From: Amphiscolops sp. MND2022
Lineage: Eukaryota
Assembly: GCA_964187785.1 (NCBI GenBank)
Contig: OZ076415.1
Span: 60,946,001-61,010,000 of the forward strand
Length of the DNA stretch: 64,000 bases
Direction of reading: 5' to 3'
A program made the position numbers and the translations under genes. This document shows positions 61,064 through 64,000 of this stretch, piece by piece (the first letter of the stretch is position 1; the number at the start of each line of letters is the position of its first letter). Below the pieces are notes generated by a model. The model was not told the DNA's origin and searched no databases. It saw only the letters and a list, made by a program, of their open reading frames with translations.

Positions 61064-63440
61064 ATTAAAATAGCACTGTCGTCAGCGAACTTGTAGTGAC
61101 ACGGTTCCTCACTCAGAAAATCGTTTGAGAAAATTACAAACAAAAGTGGTGACAAGACACTGCCCTGAGGGACACCAATGTCTATTTTGAACATAGATGA
61201 ACGGAAGTCAGATAACTCAATGAATGCTTCTCGGTTTTTCAAAAAGGTTCGTAAAATGCAGAATATTTTACCGTTTATTTTGTAATGTCTGAGTTTGTAA
61301 AGTAGGCCATCTATCCACACGATGTCAAAGGCCTTTTCGAGGTCAATGTTGAGTAGAGCGGTCGGTGTTTTCATTAATTTAGAATTTTCCAGATTAAGAT
61401 GTAGCCTGTACAGAGATCTGACTGTGTTTCTTTTACTTCTGAAACCTTCTTGTTCGTCCGCCAGAATGTTCTCGATTCCCGTGAAATAATTTAATCTATT
61501 GCACGGCATACGCTCAAAGAGCTTTCCAAAATTACTAGAGATTGATAGCGGTCGATAGCTGGAACAGTCGTCATACCTGTCTTTGTTAGGCTTCCTGATA
61601 AACACAATTCGTGATAAAGACCAGGGCCATACAGCATGTTCCCAACATGTATTAACAATCTCCAAGAGAAGAGTTTTCGCATTGACTCGCAAGAGTTTTT
61701 GATCATTTTGACGTGGAACCCGTCAGGGTCGAAGGAGTTTGTATCAGAAGATTGTTTCATTGCTTCGTTTAGTTCTTCCATTGTGAAAGGTTCATGAAAA
61801 ACTTCCGAAACATGCTCGGAAGCATCATCAAACGAGTCCAGATAACCTGAGTCTGTCCTTGACATTGACTCGTCGAAGTTGAGAGTTTCCAGATGTTTTC
61901 CTTCGAAGAAGGTCTCTTGGAATTCTTGAGCAATATCTTTTTTTGAGAGCAGCAGTTTCCCGTGTTTATTCTTGATGAGATCCACTTGGGAACTGCTTCC
62001 AGCGAACAGTTTCTTGTACGATACCCAAAATTCTTTGCCTCGTTTGTGTCCAAGTGTCTTCAAGTAGTCTTTCATCCAGGCAGACGCCTTTTCATTGAGT
62101 AGTCGTTTGAATAATTCTTTCGCTTCTGCTAGTTTTTCTAAATTTGCATAATTGGACTTGTATCGGAAGTTCCGACGCAGCTGCCTGAGCTCTTTACTGG
62201 CTATAGTTAACTCGGTGCACCAAAATGGTTTACTATGTTGCGTAATTGTTTTGAAAGGAATGAAAAGTAGTGTGGCCTCTCTCAAAGAGTTCTTGAAAAA
62301 CTCCCACATTTCCAGAGCATTATCTGAAGTTGTCCAGTCGAGCATTTCAGTTTCTAGATGTGCGCGCCAGTCATCCCACATTGCTTTCTCAATCCACGGC
62401 TTCTCCTTGAAATAACCACTTTTCGACTCGAGAAGAGAAACTAGCACAGGCAAGTGGCCCCTGGAGGGTGCTCCAGTGAATAGTTCCGTATCTTCATCAG
62501 TTGTAAGCGAGCATTTGTATTGGTTAATGAAGTTTCCATAGCAAATGCAAAGATCTATTACACTTTGATCATTGATTGAGAGGAAAGTAGGTTGGCCATC
62601 GTTCAAAATAGTATAAGTTGGTACGAGGCTGATTAACTCATTTCCAAGTGCATTGCACTTCTGATCACTCCAGTATAAGTGTCTGGCGTTGCAGTCGCCA
62701 AAGAAAAGGACACCTTCCATGTGATTTGTATCTGCGTAGACTTTACAGGCTTCAAGTTTTTTTATGAGTTCTAGTTGTTCACCTTTGTCATCAGGTTTTA
62801 CATAAGAAGTCGTAGTTAGTGATTTTAGGCCGCGGACATTAGCTGCAGCAACAATATAGTCATTGTTTTTGGTCTCTAATTCCTCTATTTGAGCATACGC
62901 CACATCGTTACGAAACAACAACGCAACCCCGCCTGTCGATTTCTTTGGAGTACTACTGAGAGTTGTATAATTGGTAAAGGCATTATCAGGAATTTGTTGT
63001 TTGGTTTCATTCAAGAAAACCACATCTGGTTTATGTTTTTCAAGATATGCATCAATTGCAATTTTACTGTGATTACTCAAGCCGCAAATGTTGATCTGTA
63101 AGAATGATATTCTCCTTTCAGGAGCCATCATGCCATCCATCATGATTTTCATCAGTTAGCCCTCGAGCGTCATAAACCACTTGTTTTTGTTTAATGTAAG
63201 TTGGGCACACAAGTGAATCCGCATCGTGAGTCCCTTTGCAATTCATACATTTGCTTTCTAATTCTTTATTCGGACAGTCTTGAATTTTGTGATCTTCACT
63301 GCAGTGTTTACAGGCTGTTTTGGAGTGGCAGTTTCCGCTAAGGTGACCGAATTTTTGGCAGTTGTAACATCGAATGATTCTTATGCCTCTCTGAACAAAT
63401 GCATATGGCTGGTAGTAAATGGAATGGAACTACCCGGCTT
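61064..63440 (-). mobile_element. I/Jockey-group LINE: ORF1 C-terminus and ORF2 (APE-RT), cut by the gap
   Basis: ORF1 triple knuckle CYNCQKFGHLSGNC / CKHCSEDHKIQDC / CMNCKGTHDADSLVC (stop 63118-63120). ORF2 QINICG, FLNETK, GDCNARH, GVPQGSVLSP and FADD. Confidence 0.9.
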
Positions 63441-63681
63441 TATGAAATGGAACTAGCCCGAGTTGAAGCATGGGCAGTCAGAAAAAGATAGGCAAGGTGC
63501 CAGATCGCTGCAAGCTGCAGAGCCCCCATACAGTGTCAAAAACGGTCCCCTGAATGAAACAAGCACCAAGAACATCAAGTGGAGGAAAAATTTATAAATT
63601 AGGGCATCGTATCATATTTTTAAAAAAACATCGGCTGTAAATATATCGCAGGAATCACCAAATTAGGATCGTCGAGGTAAG

Positions 63682-63880
63682 TCACGACAACCTTCCCTCT
63701 TCAAACATTGCAGAGATAGATGATTCCTCAGTTTGACGGCGAGTAGATCGAGATCCTCTGAGGCATAACACGGAACTGCGTAGCAAAGCGAAGCTAATTT
63801 GCGTCCTGATGTATCCTATGGCGTCCGAGTAGCTGTCTTGTCCTTTTTCGCTGATCTTCAGAGCAAGTCGGGACAAAACT
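63682..63880 (-). mobile_element. 3' fragment of a CRE-like RLE non-LTR retrotransposon
   Basis: IRTQISFALLRSSVLCLRGSR C-terminal motif. Confidence 0.6.
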
Positions 63881-64000
63881 TTCGAGGGGTTGCTGTAAAT
63901 AGGTCGAATTTTTTGGTGGGCGGAAATAGGTTGAAGAAACGGGATCGAAAATCAGAGTTAGTCCTCAGGTCGACATACCAACTTTTTGAATGGGATCGAA

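Noticed and set aside
60520-61692. ORFs that appear to fuse the I/Jockey RT with CR1 ORF1
   Set aside because: Artefact of reading through the 200-N gap.

Overview
Repeat-rich animal genomic DNA; the species cannot be determined from the sequence. (1) 1128-15151 is a full-length but decayed 14.0 kb Polinton/Maverick (adintovirus-like) element. It has ~180 bp AGTAGT-terminal TIRs and a 6 bp GACGTC target-site duplication, and encodes a packaging ATPase, a PHD-fused retroviral-type integrase, minor and major capsid proteins, a core-like protein, an adenain-like protease and a minus-strand protein-primed PolB. It is inserted in the LTR of an LTR retroelement whose sibling LTR (~20362-20979) keeps the empty site. 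(2) Unusual features of this Polinton: an HUH-motif ORF beside a parvovirus-type PLA2-like ORF at the left end, an N-terminal PHD finger with no C-terminal chromodomain on the integrase, ATGA-overlapped gene chains, and three short phase-1 GT-AG intron candidates (82, 69, 73 nt) in the pPolB unit whose removal restores or extends the frame. (3) 15.6-20.4 kb is the interior of an LTR element with gag, little recognisable pol and a large unknown accessory ORF before the PPT. (4) 21-37 kb is decayed repeats (BEL/Pao relic, LINE 3' end, hAT- and pogo-like MITEs). (5) 37569-56242 (minus) is a six-exon host CMIP ortholog (PH + LRR, ~924 aa) with a probable GC-AG intron and a LINE in intron 1. (6) 56.9-64 kb holds a CR1/L2-type LINE with a (TAG)n tail, a 200-N gap, an I/Jockey-group LINE and a CRE-like fragment. 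Family calls come from motif recognition by eye; no database search was run.
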